Origin: Candidatus Latescibacterota bacterium
Lineage (GTDB): Bacteria > Latescibacterota > UBA2968
DNA length: 64,000 bases
Assembly: GCA_965198115.1 (NCBI GenBank)
Contig: OZ240241.1
Location: forward strand, 1 to 64,000
Reading direction: 5' to 3'
Part shown: piece after piece, positions 34,434 to 46,345 of the stretch
How the letters are laid out: each line of letters begins with the position of its first letter
How positions within the stretch are numbered: the first letter of the stretch is position 1
Notes under the pieces: generated by a model
What the model saw: the letters and a program-made list of their open reading frames with translations, nothing else
The model's database searches: none
What the model was told of the DNA's origin: nothing
Made by a program: the position numbers and the translations under genes

Positions 34434-36383
34434 ATGTTCCGCAGATTTTTGGAGGGAATCACCTCCAAAGAGCGCAGGTTAACTGTCAGCAGCGAGAACG
34501 TGGAACTACATCCTGGTCAAAACGGCGAGAAACTTGCGCTCATGAAAGCGGGGATAGGAGGAGAGTATGTTCCGGTGAGGCCTGCTGAGGCCAAACTCTT
34601 GCGCCGCGCTCAAGAGAGTGGCGGTGTCAGGGTGTCTGATTTAGTCTACTGGAAGTATAGCGACCTGTGGTGGCTAGTCAGCAAACCTTTTGCCTCTATA
34701 TCGACCGGGATGTTTAGAAGATTCGGGCAGTCCATCCAGCGGTACTTTGACAGAGTGTTGATGGTGAATCGTCTGCTCTTCTATCCGATTAGAAGGATGC
34801 TGAGGTTGGGCCCAAGGGGGAGTTGCTTTGATGCGGTTGTTGTCCTTTGGTCGGGATCAGACTGTTACCAACGGATTGTAAGCATTGGACGAGAGATGGC
34901 GGATTCTCTTAAGGATGAGGGACCACGAGCTTACTTGGTAGCAGATGAAGATGAGAGCTTGATGGTCAGAGATCTCTGTCACCTATATCAAACGCAGAAG
35001 CTTGACATCTTGTTGCAGACATTTGACCAGAAGAACTACAGAGTACTTCTGGTTGTCGACTTTAGACTCTTCTGGCGAACACTTCTTGCTATCGCACGGA
35101 TCAGACTCCGGGGACATAAAGTGTGGATAGCAAGCCTCTGTGCGAGATCCAGCGTATTCTCCTTCTATTTTCGTTTCTCTCCGTGGAATATGTCCGTTGT
35201 GATGGTCGACAGGGCGTTGAGCGCTGTGAAAAACATGATTGTCCGCACATTACTTTGCTTTTGGTCAGCCGGCAGGAAGCGGCAAGGGGGCACTGAGGGC
35301 ATCCTTGTAATAAACACTTGTACTAGTCTAGGCGACACGATCTTGAACATGCGGCTTGTGAAGCATGCGGGTGGAGAGCTTGATGCCAAGCCGTACGTTG
35401 GCGTTTTCGATCCTCGTAGCGAGATGTTATGGAAGGCCGTTCCAAACGTTGAGGTAATTCGATTCGAACGTAGTGGAACGGGCAAGGTGCTCTCAACCCT
35501 TATCAAGAACATTCGGACACTCGTGTCCCTGAGGAATCAAGTACGCTTTACTCATGCAGTCAATGCGTACGGCCATAGAGAAGACATGATGATGATAGAC
35601 TACTTGCTATGGTCCTCGGGTGCCCCGATTCGCGTGGGTGTCTGCTCACCTCCGTATCTCTTTGGATCGTTCTCAAGTTTACTTACACACCAAGTTAGCT
35701 TGGATTCCTACATAAAGTCTGGCAGATATGAATCTGTACTCTGTAGGCTCCATGAGAGCATTCTTGCTTGCCTGACTGGTGGGGGGCACCGCTCTGTTGA
35801 TCTCGACCTTCCCGAATTGATAATACCTGACCAGGCGGCTGCAAAGCGCGCTGAGGCCGCTATTCGGAAGTCGATCTCGACCGGCCGTGAGTTCATCCTG
35901 CTTGCCCCGACTTCCAAGAGAAACAAGATGATTCCACCATTGATAGCGAAGAAATTGGTTTCGCGCATCGTTGAGAGACTAGGAAGAGATGTTCTTGTGA
36001 CCTGTACGCAGAACGAACTGTGGCAGGTTAGGTCTCTACGGTCTCCTAACGTCCACATCATTGGTCCCCTTGATATTTACCAGCTCGCAGAGACGTGCCG
36101 GCGTGCATCTTGCGTTCTGGCTATTGACAATGGCTCCATGCACCTTGCGTGCTGGGCAGGTGCAAGAGTAGTAGGGATTTTCGGGCCGACGGATCCTCTG
36201 CTGTGGCTTCCACATAGAAGGTCCGGGGTTGAAGTAGTGCGCACGTCAGTTTGTGAACCTTGTGGAAACGTCTTCAGTTGTCATCTTGATGATGCTTCTG
36301 AGGTGAGAAGCTGCCTAAACACGCTGGACCCTGACGACGTGGTTGATGCTATCATCAGAACAGAAATCTGCACTAATATGTGA
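34434..36383 (+). CDS. GT9 (heptosyltransferase-like) glycosyltransferase with a ~290-aa N-terminal extension
   Basis: SLGDTIL, AIDNGSMHLA, GIFGPTDP..W.P, CEPC...C...SCL. RBS ggagg. Confidence 0.85.
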   Translation: MFRRFLEGITSKERRLTVSSENVELHPGQNGEKLALMKAGIGGEYVPVRPAEAKLLRRAQESGGVRVSDLVYWKYSDLWWLVSKPFASISTGMFRRFGQSIQRYFDRVLMVNRLLFYPIRRMLRLGPRGSCFDAVVVLWSGSDCYQRIVSIGREMADSLKDEGPRAYLVADEDESLMVRDLCHLYQTQKLDILLQTFDQKNYRVLLVVDFRLFWRTLLAIARIRLRGHKVWIASLCARSSVFSFYFRFSPWNMSVVMVDRALSAVKNMIVRTLLCFWSAGRKRQGGTEGILVINTCTSLGDTILNMRLVKHAGGELDAKPYVGVFDPRSEMLWKAVPNVEVIRFERSGTGKVLSTLIKNIRTLVSLRNQVRFTHAVNAYGHREDMMMIDYLLWSSGAPIRVGVCSPPYLFGSFSSLLTHQVSLDSYIKSGRYESVLCRLHESILACLTGGGHRSVDLDLPELIIPDQAAAKRAEAAIRKSISTGREFILLAPTSKRNKMIPPLIAKKLVSRIVERLGRDVLVTCTQNELWQVRSLRSPNVHIIGPLDIYQLAETCRRASCVLAIDNGSMHLACWAGARVVGIFGPTDPLLWLPHRRSGVEVVRTSVCEPCGNVFSCHLDDASEVRSCLNTLDPDDVVDAIIRTEICTNM

Positions 36384-36502
36384 GGTTGAATGGATTTCAT
36401 CTGGTTAAGAGTTGTCCAGTCAGTGGCACAAGCGCGAGAACGTCGTCAGCTACCTCCCGGAGAGGGAACGTCCAAGAGTTCGACGGAAGCTTCAGAAAGC
36501 CT

Positions 36503-37487
36503 TGATTAGCGACAATTAGAACTCCCACCCTCATTGCCTCACGAACAAATGTTACCATAGCGAGCCCCCATACCCAAGATCGTTGGTCCTCGATGTGTTG
36601 GTCCTGGTGGGGAGTCTTCCGTGAGCCAACAGAGAGAGGAGAGCCACCGAGGCAACGAGAGCTTCTTTGGATGCGCTGGTCGTGTGTCAGGACGACGGGG
36701 CTAGCAACTGTGCGCTCTGAGCGGCCTTAACTTCGGTGCTTTTCGGTTCGGGGCGTTGAACTGGCCCGGTCTCGTTGGTCTCTCCCTTATCGTCGATGCA
36801 AGCGTAGACAAGCTCCCTTGCCATGATCTGCCGCCATTCACGAATGCGACGCTGCATTGTCCTTAGTTGTCCGTCTGGAAAACGCCCGGGGTGCTGCTGC
36901 TGAAGACGCTGGAACAGTGTTTTTGCTGTGGCGTCAGGCTCGTCCTGTAACCAAGCTAGGACTTCCAATCAGACGTTCTCGAACGGATCCTCTCTGGTTC
37001 GCCAATGCCGTGGTTCAGTCGGATGGGCACGGTGAGTCGGGCGAACTTCGCCAGATCGCCACAGTTGTGGAAGCTGCGTAAGAAACTGATCGAGTGTCTT
37101 TCGACCGGTCCTTCGACGATGCTATCGGTCGAGACCAGGGCTGCCAGCGCAGCTTGGGCATCACGCAGCCGATGCAGAATCGCCACAGGGTCAAGCTGCA
37201 GACGCAGCTCTCGGAGGATCTCCTTGGTGTCATTCTGGACCGCGGGGTGATTTACAAGGCGCTCGCATGGCGTTCTCGGGCGATCGTAAGCCCTCTTTAC
37301 TTTGGCACCTTGACGCGTCTTACTGAGCAGTTTAGACGATTCAACGAGCTCCTGTCTGGTGTTCGTACTGATTCTTCTGCCCATCGCTTGCCTCCAATTT
37401 GGGTAACAATTCCTTTGAGGCAACAATCTTTGCTTGGTAACACAATCCCTGAGGCCATGGGGCGGGAAGAATGGTTGACGCCGGACA
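36503..37487 (-). mobile_element. Internally deleted integrase-core (IS481/IS21-like) element
   Basis: TG...CA ends with an imperfect IR; 6-bp TSD aagcct; KVKRAYDRPRTP, GQLRTMQRRIREWR. Confidence 0.7.
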
Positions 37488-37702
37488 AAGCCTATGACTG
37501 CGACACCTACGAGGAGGCAAAGGCCGCACTCGAATCACTTAAACCCGAACTGAAGCTGATGAATCAGTCTGCCGTGGCAAGCCTCGAGGAAGGACTGGAG
37601 GAAACCCTGACCCTCCACCGGCTGGGGATGCTCCCGTTCTTGAAGCGAGCTTCCGAACCACCAACTGCATCGAAGCCCTCAACAGCATGACCGGCGACCT
37701 CA

Positions 37703-39091
37703 GGTGATGTGCCCATCTTAGTTGAAATTTAGAGGGCTCCAGACTTACGTTGGGTACGTGTGTGTCGAGCACGTGTACCCGTAAGAAAGGAGCCCACGAT
37801 GGAGAAGCTATTTGTAGGAGATGGTGAAGTCAAGGTTGAGGCGAATGTCCTGGATCTGGATACGCGAGTTGCGATGATCCAGGCGTTGATTCCGATCGGT
37901 CTGGAGGCCGTGAGCGAGGTTCTGCAGCACGAGGTGCGAGAGCTGGCCGGCGGTCGGTATGCTCGGAAGAGCGTTGACCAGTCCCTCCGGCGCTGGGGCA
38001 AGCAGAAGGGGTGGGTGTATCTGGGCGACCAGAAGCTGCCGATTGGGGTGCCTCGTGTTCGAGACTCAGCAACGGGCGTTGAGGTGCCGCTGAACGTGTA
38101 TAAGGCACTCCAAAGTTCACAGGAGCTGGATGAGGGGATGTTGCTACGCGTGATCAAAGGAATCTCCTGTCGGAATTACCAGGCTTGTGCGCTCGCCGTC
38201 CCTGAGACCTTCGGTATTTCGGCTTCATCGGTCTCTCGGAGGTTCATCAAGGCCAGCGCCAAGAAGCTCAAGCAGTTCCAGGAACGCCCTCTCGACGACT
38301 ACGATTTCGTGGCTCTTTTCATTGACGGGAAGAGCTTCGCCGACGAGCAGATGGTGATCGCTCTGGGTGTCACGATGGATGGCCAGAAGATCCCCCTGGG
38401 CTTCGTCGAATCAGCGACGGAGAACGAACGGGTCTGCCGCCAGTTGATCCAGCATCTTATCCGTAGAGGCCTGCGCTATGATCAAGGCCTCCTCGTTGTA
38501 CTGGACGGCTCCAAGGGCCTCTACAGTGCGGTCACGAAAGCTCTGAAAGGGTATGTCCGAGTCCACCGCTGCCAGTGGCACAAGCGAGAGAATGCCGTCA
38601 GCTATCTTCCTGAGTCAGAACGCCCGAGAATCCGGCGCAAGCTCCAAAAAGCCTACGACTGCAACTCTTATAGAGAAGCAAAAGCTGCGCTCGAGGCCCT
38701 CAAGCCGGAACTCAAACTGATGAATCAATCTGCCCTGACGAGTCTCGAAGAAGGGTTGGAGGAAACCCTGACCCTCCACCGTCTGGGCATGATCCCCGTT
38801 CCTGAAGCGCAGCTTCAGGACCTCGAACTGTATCGAATCTCTCAACAGTATGGCCGGCGATCTCACCCGGAAGGTCAAACGTTGGACCCACTCTCCTCAG
38901 AGACACAGATGGATCGCCGCCGCACTCCTCGACATCGAACCTCGACTGCGTCGCGTGAAGGGATACAAACACCTACCGCTGCTCAGGCAGGCCTTGAAAA
39001 ACGACTTGGATCTCGATACACAGGATGCGCGGCAAAGCGCATGAGCAAATCTTGGAGCCCGATAAGTTTCAACTGAGAATGGGACTTGACC
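37703..39091 (+). mobile_element. IS256 type A variant, frameshift near 38795
   Basis: Diverged paralogue with both ends present; TSD cgacctca. Confidence 0.9.
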
Positions 39092-39349
39092 CGACCTCAC
39101 TCGGAAGGTCAGACGCTGGAACAACTCTCCCCAGAAACACAGATGGGTGGCGGCCGCACTCCTCGACATCGAACCACGCCTGCGACGCGTGAGCGGATAC
39201 AAACACCTCCCGCTGCTCAGGCAAGCACTGAAGAAAAACAACCTGAATCTCGGCGACAATCAAGATGGCTCGGCAGAGAGCATGAATACCACGGAGCCCG
39301 ATGAGTTTCAACTGACTATGGGACTTGACCCTAACCGGAGTGAAAAACA

Positions 39350-40996
39350 ATGAATCTGCTCGCAATTAACTTCAATCACGACGGATCTGCTGCTTTGATG
39401 TGCGATGGTGTGATAACCGGGTTTGTCAATACGGAGAGATTTTCGCGAAAGAAAAAGCAACCAGGAATCCGAGAATGTGATATAGATGAATTACTCGGGC
39501 AGGGAGGTATACGTATTGACGAGATTGACGGCGCCTTGATGTGCAACCTGAATAACATGGATTCCCCGGACATCCCTAGGCTGTACGGAACAGATCTCAA
39601 AGAAGAGTGGCTTGGATTCGAAGTGGATCCTGATCAACGACATGTGACGATAAGGGGAAACCGAATCCGCTGTAAAGTGAATCCAGATCACCACTTGCTC
39701 CATTGCGCCCTGGCGTTTTACACGTCACCGTTCGATTCTGCAATGGTCTTCTCATCGGATCCCGTGGGTTGGGCATCTTACGTGGGTAAAGGCCACGAGA
39801 TGAGAGGAGTCCAGAACGTCCCTGGTCAGTTCAACGCGCCAGAGCTTTATAGTAGGGTTGCCGAGTCCCTGTTTGGTACAGGGATTATGGGAGCAGGAAA
39901 GGTAATGGGGCTCGCCCCTTACGGGTTTCGAGAGTTGGATCTGGACTATGCTCAATTATCAGATGTCAGGACTACTATATCGCTTTATCGAGCCTTACGG
40001 AAACTTGGCATAGGCAGGGTGGTAGTCCAGGAAGATGAAAAAGCATATAATGCTAGTCTTGCATACCACACACAGGAGATTCTCGACTTTCAGTTAATCT
40101 CCATCCTCAAAGAGTTACACGAGGTTTCGGTGCAGGAAGGTGTTGATCCGAATCTATGCTTGGGAGGGGGAACGGCTCTCAATTCCGTCGCGAATCAGAA
40201 GGCGTTCAGCCACAGCCCGTTCACAGATCTTTTCTTGCATCCCGCGTGCGGAGATGACGGTACTACACTTGGGGCAGTTCTCTGGCACTGGCATCACGTG
40301 ATGAAGAATCCTAGGAGGAACTACTTAAACACCGACCTTATGTACACGAAAAAATGCTATCGAAGTGATCAGGTAGATGCCGTTCTGTTGTCAGGGAAGT
40401 ATCGAAACCATCTTACTGTCTGGAAGCATCCTGATCCTCTCCCGACGGTTGCTCGGATGATCAGCTCTGGCGCGATTGTAAGTCTGTTCGAGGGAGGAAG
40501 CGAAATTGGACCTCGTGCTCTTGGTCATAGAAGCATAATAGCAGATCCCCGTCGGCTGGGGATGCGGGATCAATTGAACGTAAAGGTAAAACATAGAGAA
40601 GCCTTTCGCCCGTTTGCCCCAGCAGTAATACAAGAACACTCCAGTTCGTGGTTTGATCTAAATTATAGCCCATTCATGTTACGGGTTGCGAATGTATTGA
40701 GGCCCAAAGAAGTCCCATCTATCACACACGTGGATGGCACCGCGCGCATCCAAACGGTCGGCCCTAATGACGATCAACGATTCCGAAAGTTGCTTGAACA
40801 CTTCTACTCAATGACGGGAGTTCCTGTTCTTCTCAATACGTCCTTCAACATTAGAGGTGAACCCATAGTAGAAACGCCTGAGGACGCAATAAGTGCGCTA
40901 CTACGGTCCGAAATGGACTGTGTCGTCTTTAGTGACTGCATCGTGCAAAAGAGAGACGGTGGTGATAAGTCCGCTTCCAGTTGTGTCGCCGATTGA
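39350..40996 (+). CDS. Carbamoyltransferase (NodU/CmcH/TobZ family)
   Basis: HDGSAAL, ERFSRKK, HHLLH, GKVMGLAPYG, GGTALN, GDDG, GPRALGHRSI, KHREAFRPFAP, HVDGTARIQTV, NTSFN. Confidence 0.95.
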   Translation: MNLLAINFNHDGSAALMCDGVITGFVNTERFSRKKKQPGIRECDIDELLGQGGIRIDEIDGALMCNLNNMDSPDIPRLYGTDLKEEWLGFEVDPDQRHVTIRGNRIRCKVNPDHHLLHCALAFYTSPFDSAMVFSSDPVGWASYVGKGHEMRGVQNVPGQFNAPELYSRVAESLFGTGIMGAGKVMGLAPYGFRELDLDYAQLSDVRTTISLYRALRKLGIGRVVVQEDEKAYNASLAYHTQEILDFQLISILKELHEVSVQEGVDPNLCLGGGTALNSVANQKAFSHSPFTDLFLHPACGDDGTTLGAVLWHWHHVMKNPRRNYLNTDLMYTKKCYRSDQVDAVLLSGKYRNHLTVWKHPDPLPTVARMISSGAIVSLFEGGSEIGPRALGHRSIIADPRRLGMRDQLNVKVKHREAFRPFAPAVIQEHSSSWFDLNYSPFMLRVANVLRPKEVPSITHVDGTARIQTVGPNDDQRFRKLLEHFYSMTGVPVLLNTSFNIRGEPIVETPEDAISALLRSEMDCVVFSDCIVQKRDGGDKSASSCVAD

Positions 40997-41059
40997 GAAA
41001 GTACCTACCTTTGTCTCCTTTCTCCGATGCGGCTCTTTCGAATTTCTGGCGAAACGAGA

Positions 41060-41890
41060 TTAAGTTGAAGTCTCAAGAAGTTCTGGGATCTTAGTAGTTA
41101 GTCGGTCAAGGGGTTTCAAAAGGTTGGAGGCCTTTAGGAATTCAACGAATATAGTTCGGTTCACTGCGTTTACGAAGTTTTCGGTAACAGCCAGACTCGT
41201 TTCTAGATTCCGTACTTGGTGCCACCACAGACTTGGTATATATATGATCTCCCCTGGCAGCTGTTTGCAATAGTAGGGGTTGGCCTTCTCAATCCTCTCT
41301 GGGTTGGTATCGAAAGCGTCAATACATTCCAGTCCGAGGTGTTCAACCTTCCCTGGGGGAAAGATCATCCACTCCTTAGCACCGCTGATTAGCGCCAGCC
41401 ATGCAGCTGTGTGCCACACATCATTGTGAAGGGGGGAGCCTGAGCCGGCTGGACCTAAGAAGATCCATTTCCAGCTAGGTCGTCGGTCTAGTGGGTATAT
41501 GTCTAGCCAATTGCTCAAATAATGCGGAACCGTGTAGTGCTTCAGCAACTCAGGATGTCTCTTCTCAATGCTCCAATTTTTCAGATATAGTGTGCGACTG
41601 TCGGTCCTTTCCTCTATGTAGTCTATGTAATCGGCCACCGGCATTGTGGATGTTTCTTCCACCACGCCCATCCCTTGGGCCCCTGGCTTCTGATCTGTGA
41701 CATTAACAACGAAGCTGCCGAATTTATCCCTTAAGAAGTCAAGGCTCCAGGTCTGCATGGCTTGCCATTGTCCAGCCTCCCCTCGTATGATTGCAGGTTT
41801 CGAGGTATTTCCGAACCTGGCCATGAATTCCCCCGATGATTTTTTACCCTTACCCTCAAGGACCTCAACGGAATTGGGCTCTATCTCCAT
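41060..41890 (-). CDS. JmjC/cupin-like Fe(II)/2-oxoglutarate oxygenase
   Basis: LYLKNW, WIFLGPAGS, HND (HxD), GAKEW, PGEIIYIPSLWWHQV. ATG at 41890 after ggagg. Confidence 0.92.
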   Translation of the reverse strand: MEIEPNSVEVLEGKGKKSSGEFMARFGNTSKPAIIRGEAGQWQAMQTWSLDFLRDKFGSFVVNVTDQKPGAQGMGVVEETSTMPVADYIDYIEERTDSRTLYLKNWSIEKRHPELLKHYTVPHYLSNWLDIYPLDRRPSWKWIFLGPAGSGSPLHNDVWHTAAWLALISGAKEWMIFPPGKVEHLGLECIDAFDTNPERIEKANPYYCKQLPGEIIYIPSLWWHQVRNLETSLAVTENFVNAVNRTIFVEFLKASNLLKPLDRLTTKIPELLETST

Positions 41891-41929
41891 GGTTACCTCC
41901 AATTCAGGGGCATTCACACCTTGCCCGGA

Positions 41930-44690
41930 GAGCTATGATTAATAGGGTGTGGAAAAAGAGAAAGGGCGACCCTGCACTTCCCGTGAGATAGTCCTATTCA
42001 CGAAACACCGGGTGTGAGGCGAAGGAGGATCGCCGTGAGAGAACATACGCATAAAGCCTCGATGAAGTCTATCCCGACGTGGGAGACGGTTGATGATTGG
42101 ATCCGTGAAGAGATCCAGGTCCGTTTCCAAGGGATTCTGGAAGAAGAAGCGACCGCGTTCTTGGGCCGGTCGTGGTATGAGCGACGACCGGAAGTCGATA
42201 GCCCTGGAGGTTACAGGAACGGCTACGGTAAGCCCCGGCGTCTCTCGACGAGTTGTGGGACGATCGAGGTCAGGCGTCCTCGGGTTCGGGGTCTGGAGGA
42301 GCGGTTTGAAAGCCGTATCCTCCCGCTGTTCGCTCGGAGAACCAAGGCGGTTGGGGATCTGCTTCCCGACCTCTACCTCCACGGACTGGCCCAAGGTGAT
42401 TTCGAGCTCTCCTTACGTGCCCTGCTCGGTGAAGGTGCACCGCTGTCGCCAACCTCGATCGCTCGTCTGCGCGGCAAATGGGAGACCGATTTCCAGGACT
42501 GGAAGGAACGACGTCTGGATGACCACGAACTGGTTGGTGTTGTGCCTATCGTAGTTGAAACTTAGAGGGCTCCAAACTTACGTTGGGTAGACGTGTAGGA
42601 GCGTATACCCGTAAGAAAGGAGCCCAGATGGAGAAGCTATTTGTAGGCGATGGTGAAGTCAAGGTTGAGGGCGATGTCATCGATTTGGAGACGCGTTTGT
42701 CGGTGATCCAGGCGTTGATCCCGTTGGGTCTGGAGGCAGTGGCAGACCTCCTCCAGCAGGAGGTCGAGCAGCTCGCAGGCGTTCGGTATGCGCGCAAAGG
42801 TTCGGAGCAGGCGCATCGTCGGTGGGGAAGCCATAAGGGATCCGTGTATCTGATGGACCAGAAGCTCCCGTTAGACGTTCCCCGGGTGCGCGACGTCGAG
42901 GCCGACGCAGAGGTTTCCCTGGCTGCACACCGGGCTCTACAGACGCCCAAGAAGACGGACGAGGGGCTGTTGCTTCGTGTTCTCAAAGGGGATCTCGTGC
43001 CGCAACTACAAGGCCTGTGCCGAATCGGTTCCAGAAGCGTTTGGTATCTCAGCGTCCTCCGTCTCGCGGCGGTTCATCAAAGCCACCGCGAAGAAGCTGA
43101 AGCAGTTCCAGGAGCGTCCCCTCGACGACTACGGCTTCGTGACCCTGTTCATTGACGGAAAGAGCTTTGCCGACGAAGAGATCGTGATCGCTCCGGGGGT
43201 CACGATGGACGGCCAGAAGATCCCCCTGGGCTTCGTCGAATCGGCGACGGAGAACGAACGGATCTGCCGCCAGCTGATCCAGGACCTCATCCGGAGAGGC
43301 CTGTGCTACGACCAGGGCCTTCTCGTTGTGCTTGACGGCTCAAAGGGACTCCGCAGTGCTGTCACCAAAGCCCTCAAAGGGTATGTGCGCGTGCATCGCT
43401 GTCAGTGGCACAAGCGCGAGAATGTCGTCAGCGATGTCGAGGAGTGCGGCCGCCACCCATCTGTGTTTCTGGGGAGAGTTGTTCCAGCGTCTGACCTTCC
43501 GAGTGAGCTCGCCGGTCATGCTGTTGAGGGCTTCGATGCAGTTGGTGGTTCGGAAGCTTCGTTTCAGGAATGGGAGCATACCCAGCCGGTGGAGGGTCAG
43601 GGTTTCCTCCAGGCCTTCCTCGAGGCTCGTTACGGCAGACTGATTCATCAGCTTCAGTTCGGGTTTAAGTGATTCGAGTGCAGCCTTTGCCTCCTCGTAG
43701 GTGTCGCAGTCATAGGCTTTCTGGAGCTTCCGTCGAACTCTTGGACGTTCCCTCTCCGGGAGATAGCGAACCTCGCCTGCGACGCGTGAGCGGATACAAA
43801 CATCTTCCCCTACTCAGGCAAGCACTGAACAAAGATCTGAATCTCGACAACGAACAGAATACTCGGCAGAGAGCCTGACCAAACTACGGGGCCCGATGAG
43901 TTTCAACTGACTATGGGACTTGACCAACTGGTTTACGCTTGCCCGATGGCATCTATGTCAAAGCCGGACTCGAGCGCGACAAGGCGTGTCTGCTGGTCGT
44001 TATCGGCGCGATGAGCGACGGCAGCAAGGAGATCCTCGCACTGGAACCGGGCTATCGAGAGTCCACCGAATCCTGGCTCTCGGTTCTTCGAGATCTCCGA
44101 GACCGTGGGCTTGAACATCCTGTTCTTATCGGACGGGAACATGGGCATCTGGGCCGCCATAGACCAGGTCTGGCCGGAGAGCCGACAGCAACGATGCTGG
44201 AACCACAAGATCCTTAACGTGCTCGACAAGATCGCCAAGCGCTCACAAGCCGAAGCCCGGGCGTTGCTTATACAGATCCCGTATGCGAATACGCGAAGAG
44301 ACGCCGAGAAACTCCGGGAAACGCTTTGCCGCACGATATCGCTCACAGTTTCCTGCTGCCGTGGACGCGCTCGAACGGGACTGGGATCGAATGGTCACGT
44401 TCTACGACTTCCCGAAGAAGCATTGGAAACACCTGAGAACCACAAACGTCGTCGAGAGCCCTTTTGCTTCCGTTCGACTCCGCACAAACGCCGCCAAGAG
44501 GTTCAAGAAAGTCACAAGCGCAACGGTTCTCATCTGGCGAACACTCTTGGTCGCAGAAAGCCAATTCAGGAAACTTGACGCCCCACACCTACTTCAAAAC
44601 ATCTATGATCAGAAACACGCAACCAATCCCCAGATCGCTACGGGAAAGCTGGCCGCCTGATTTCTTTTACACACCTCTTGACCTGAACTC
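41930..44690 (+). mobile_element. IS256 type B variant, disrupted by nested type A
   Basis: Ends gagctatg / ctgaactc; 9-bp TSD ttgcccgga. Confidence 0.9.
42536..43925 (+). mobile_element. IS256 type A with an internal inversion (~43433-43767)
   Basis: TSD aactggtt. The central segment is reverse-complemented relative to sister copies. Confidence 0.88.
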
Positions 44691-44710
44691 TTGCCCGGAC
44701 GTATATTTTC

Positions 44711-46129
44711 GGCTATATCCGGATCTCTCAACGAGATGAAGTGGGTGAAGGTGCCGTGGTTCCTGGCATGGGGGCGCGGTTAGCGTGTGCGGAACCTCTT
44801 CGGAATCTGCTCAGGGATGTTTATGTCTCCGACGGTAAGGAAGATCATATCGTTGAATGCGTCGAGTGTGCGGAATCCGCTGGCTCGGTTCTTGACGATT
44901 TGGACGATTCGGTTGAGGCCTTCGGCGATGGCGTTGGTAAGACGCGTGTTCACGAATGCGAGGACGCCGAAGAAGTGCTGTCGCAGGGTCCTGACGAACT
45001 TTCGCAGGGGTTCAAGTCGACTTCTGAGTGCGGACGTCGTCCAGCATTTCAGGAAGCGTTCGGCAGCCCAGGGCGCTTTGTATTCCCAGAACTGCTCGAA
45101 CTCGTCCTTGAGTCTCCAGGCTCTATAGATTCGGTAGTTCGCCTTCTCCAGTGCTTTGAGTGTCCGAGTATCCCCTCTGGAGCGTGTCGCTGAGTGCCGG
45201 TAGAGGAGCCATCGGAGGCCCTTCATGGCTTTGCGCTCATCCGGGGCAGCTTTACGCCACTGGTCCTTACGGACCTCGTCAACGGCGGCATTGAGAGCCT
45301 TGACGATGTGAAAGCGATCGAGGACCAGCTTGGCATTCGGACAGTGTTCCTGGATGGCTCCGATGTAAGCTTCGCTCATGTCGCAGCAGGCCCACTCGAT
45401 CTTGGATCTCCGGTAGGGACTGAGAGCCTCTGTGAAGAACCGATCGATCGTTTTACGCGCCCTGCCGCGGCCAACCCACACCACGCAGGAGCGGTCCAGA
45501 TCGTAAACGAGCGTGGCGTACCTGTGACGCTTGGCGTAGGAGATCTCGTCGATCCCGATGGTTTTGAGCCCTCGGATACGATGACCTTCACGAAGCCGCG
45601 TGATGGATCGGTGAAGGAGATCCGACAGCGTCGAGGCAGAGATGCGCAGTAACTCGGACGCCGCCTTCTGCGTCATGGTCTGGCAGTAGCGCAGCATGGC
45701 ATACTCGAAGCGATACGTCACCCGAGAGAACCGCTCCGCCCACGGAATCTCCTCGACCACACGACCGTGGGTAGGACACCGAATCTCCCGAGGATGGTAG
45801 AGAAGCCAGACCCTCCACCCGCACACCGGAATGTCACGCCACCGACGCGGATGGGGCATTGTGCGGACGATTTTACCTCGACGGCCGCACTCCGGACAAC
45901 AACAACCATTCTTATGTGGCTTTACGGCGATGACAAACAGCTTCTCCCCTCAAACCACCAGCTGACAACACGGAACCCCTTGAATCTCAGCAGTTTCGAT
46001 AGTAATCTGCTCCCGGTCATAGGTCGCACCCCCTTCGCTTTGATTGTCCTACACACACAACCAAGCGTAGGGAACGATCTATGACCTTGTCATTCTATAG
46101 TTTCACCGTTGAGAAACCCGGATAGAGCC
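44711..46129 (-). mobile_element. ISL3 copy, 1-nt deletion near the 5' end
   Basis: TSD atattttc. Confidence 0.93.
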
Positions 46130-46345
46130 ATATTTTCACTATGAGCTATACTTTGCTTGCGATGATGGCGGCACGTAGACCGTGGAATAGCATATGGCAA
46201 CAGGAGTGCACAAATAGCCAAAAGGACATCTCATTGTGAGCTGTATGATGGAACCTTGCTGGAGGGAGTCTGGTTCCAGCGAATCCTACCTTCAGGATTT
46301 CGACAAGGTTCTCAGGCGGCAGCAGTGCATAGGAATTAGAAATTC

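Larger units (their letters stand above)
36420..39330 (+). mobile_element. 5'-truncated IS256 type A host carrying two nested elements
   Basis: Segments 36420-36502, 37488-37702 and 39092-39330 join into a continuous type A 3' half. Confidence 0.8.

Noticed and set aside
27223-36383. Ordinary LPS core locus
   Set aside because: No waa/kdt/gmh genes are present and the GT9 is atypically long and embedded with tailoring enzymes. Considered less likely, not excluded.
46141-46239. Small ORF MSYTLLAMM... upstream of the permease
   Set aside because: No RBS and no precursor-like features.
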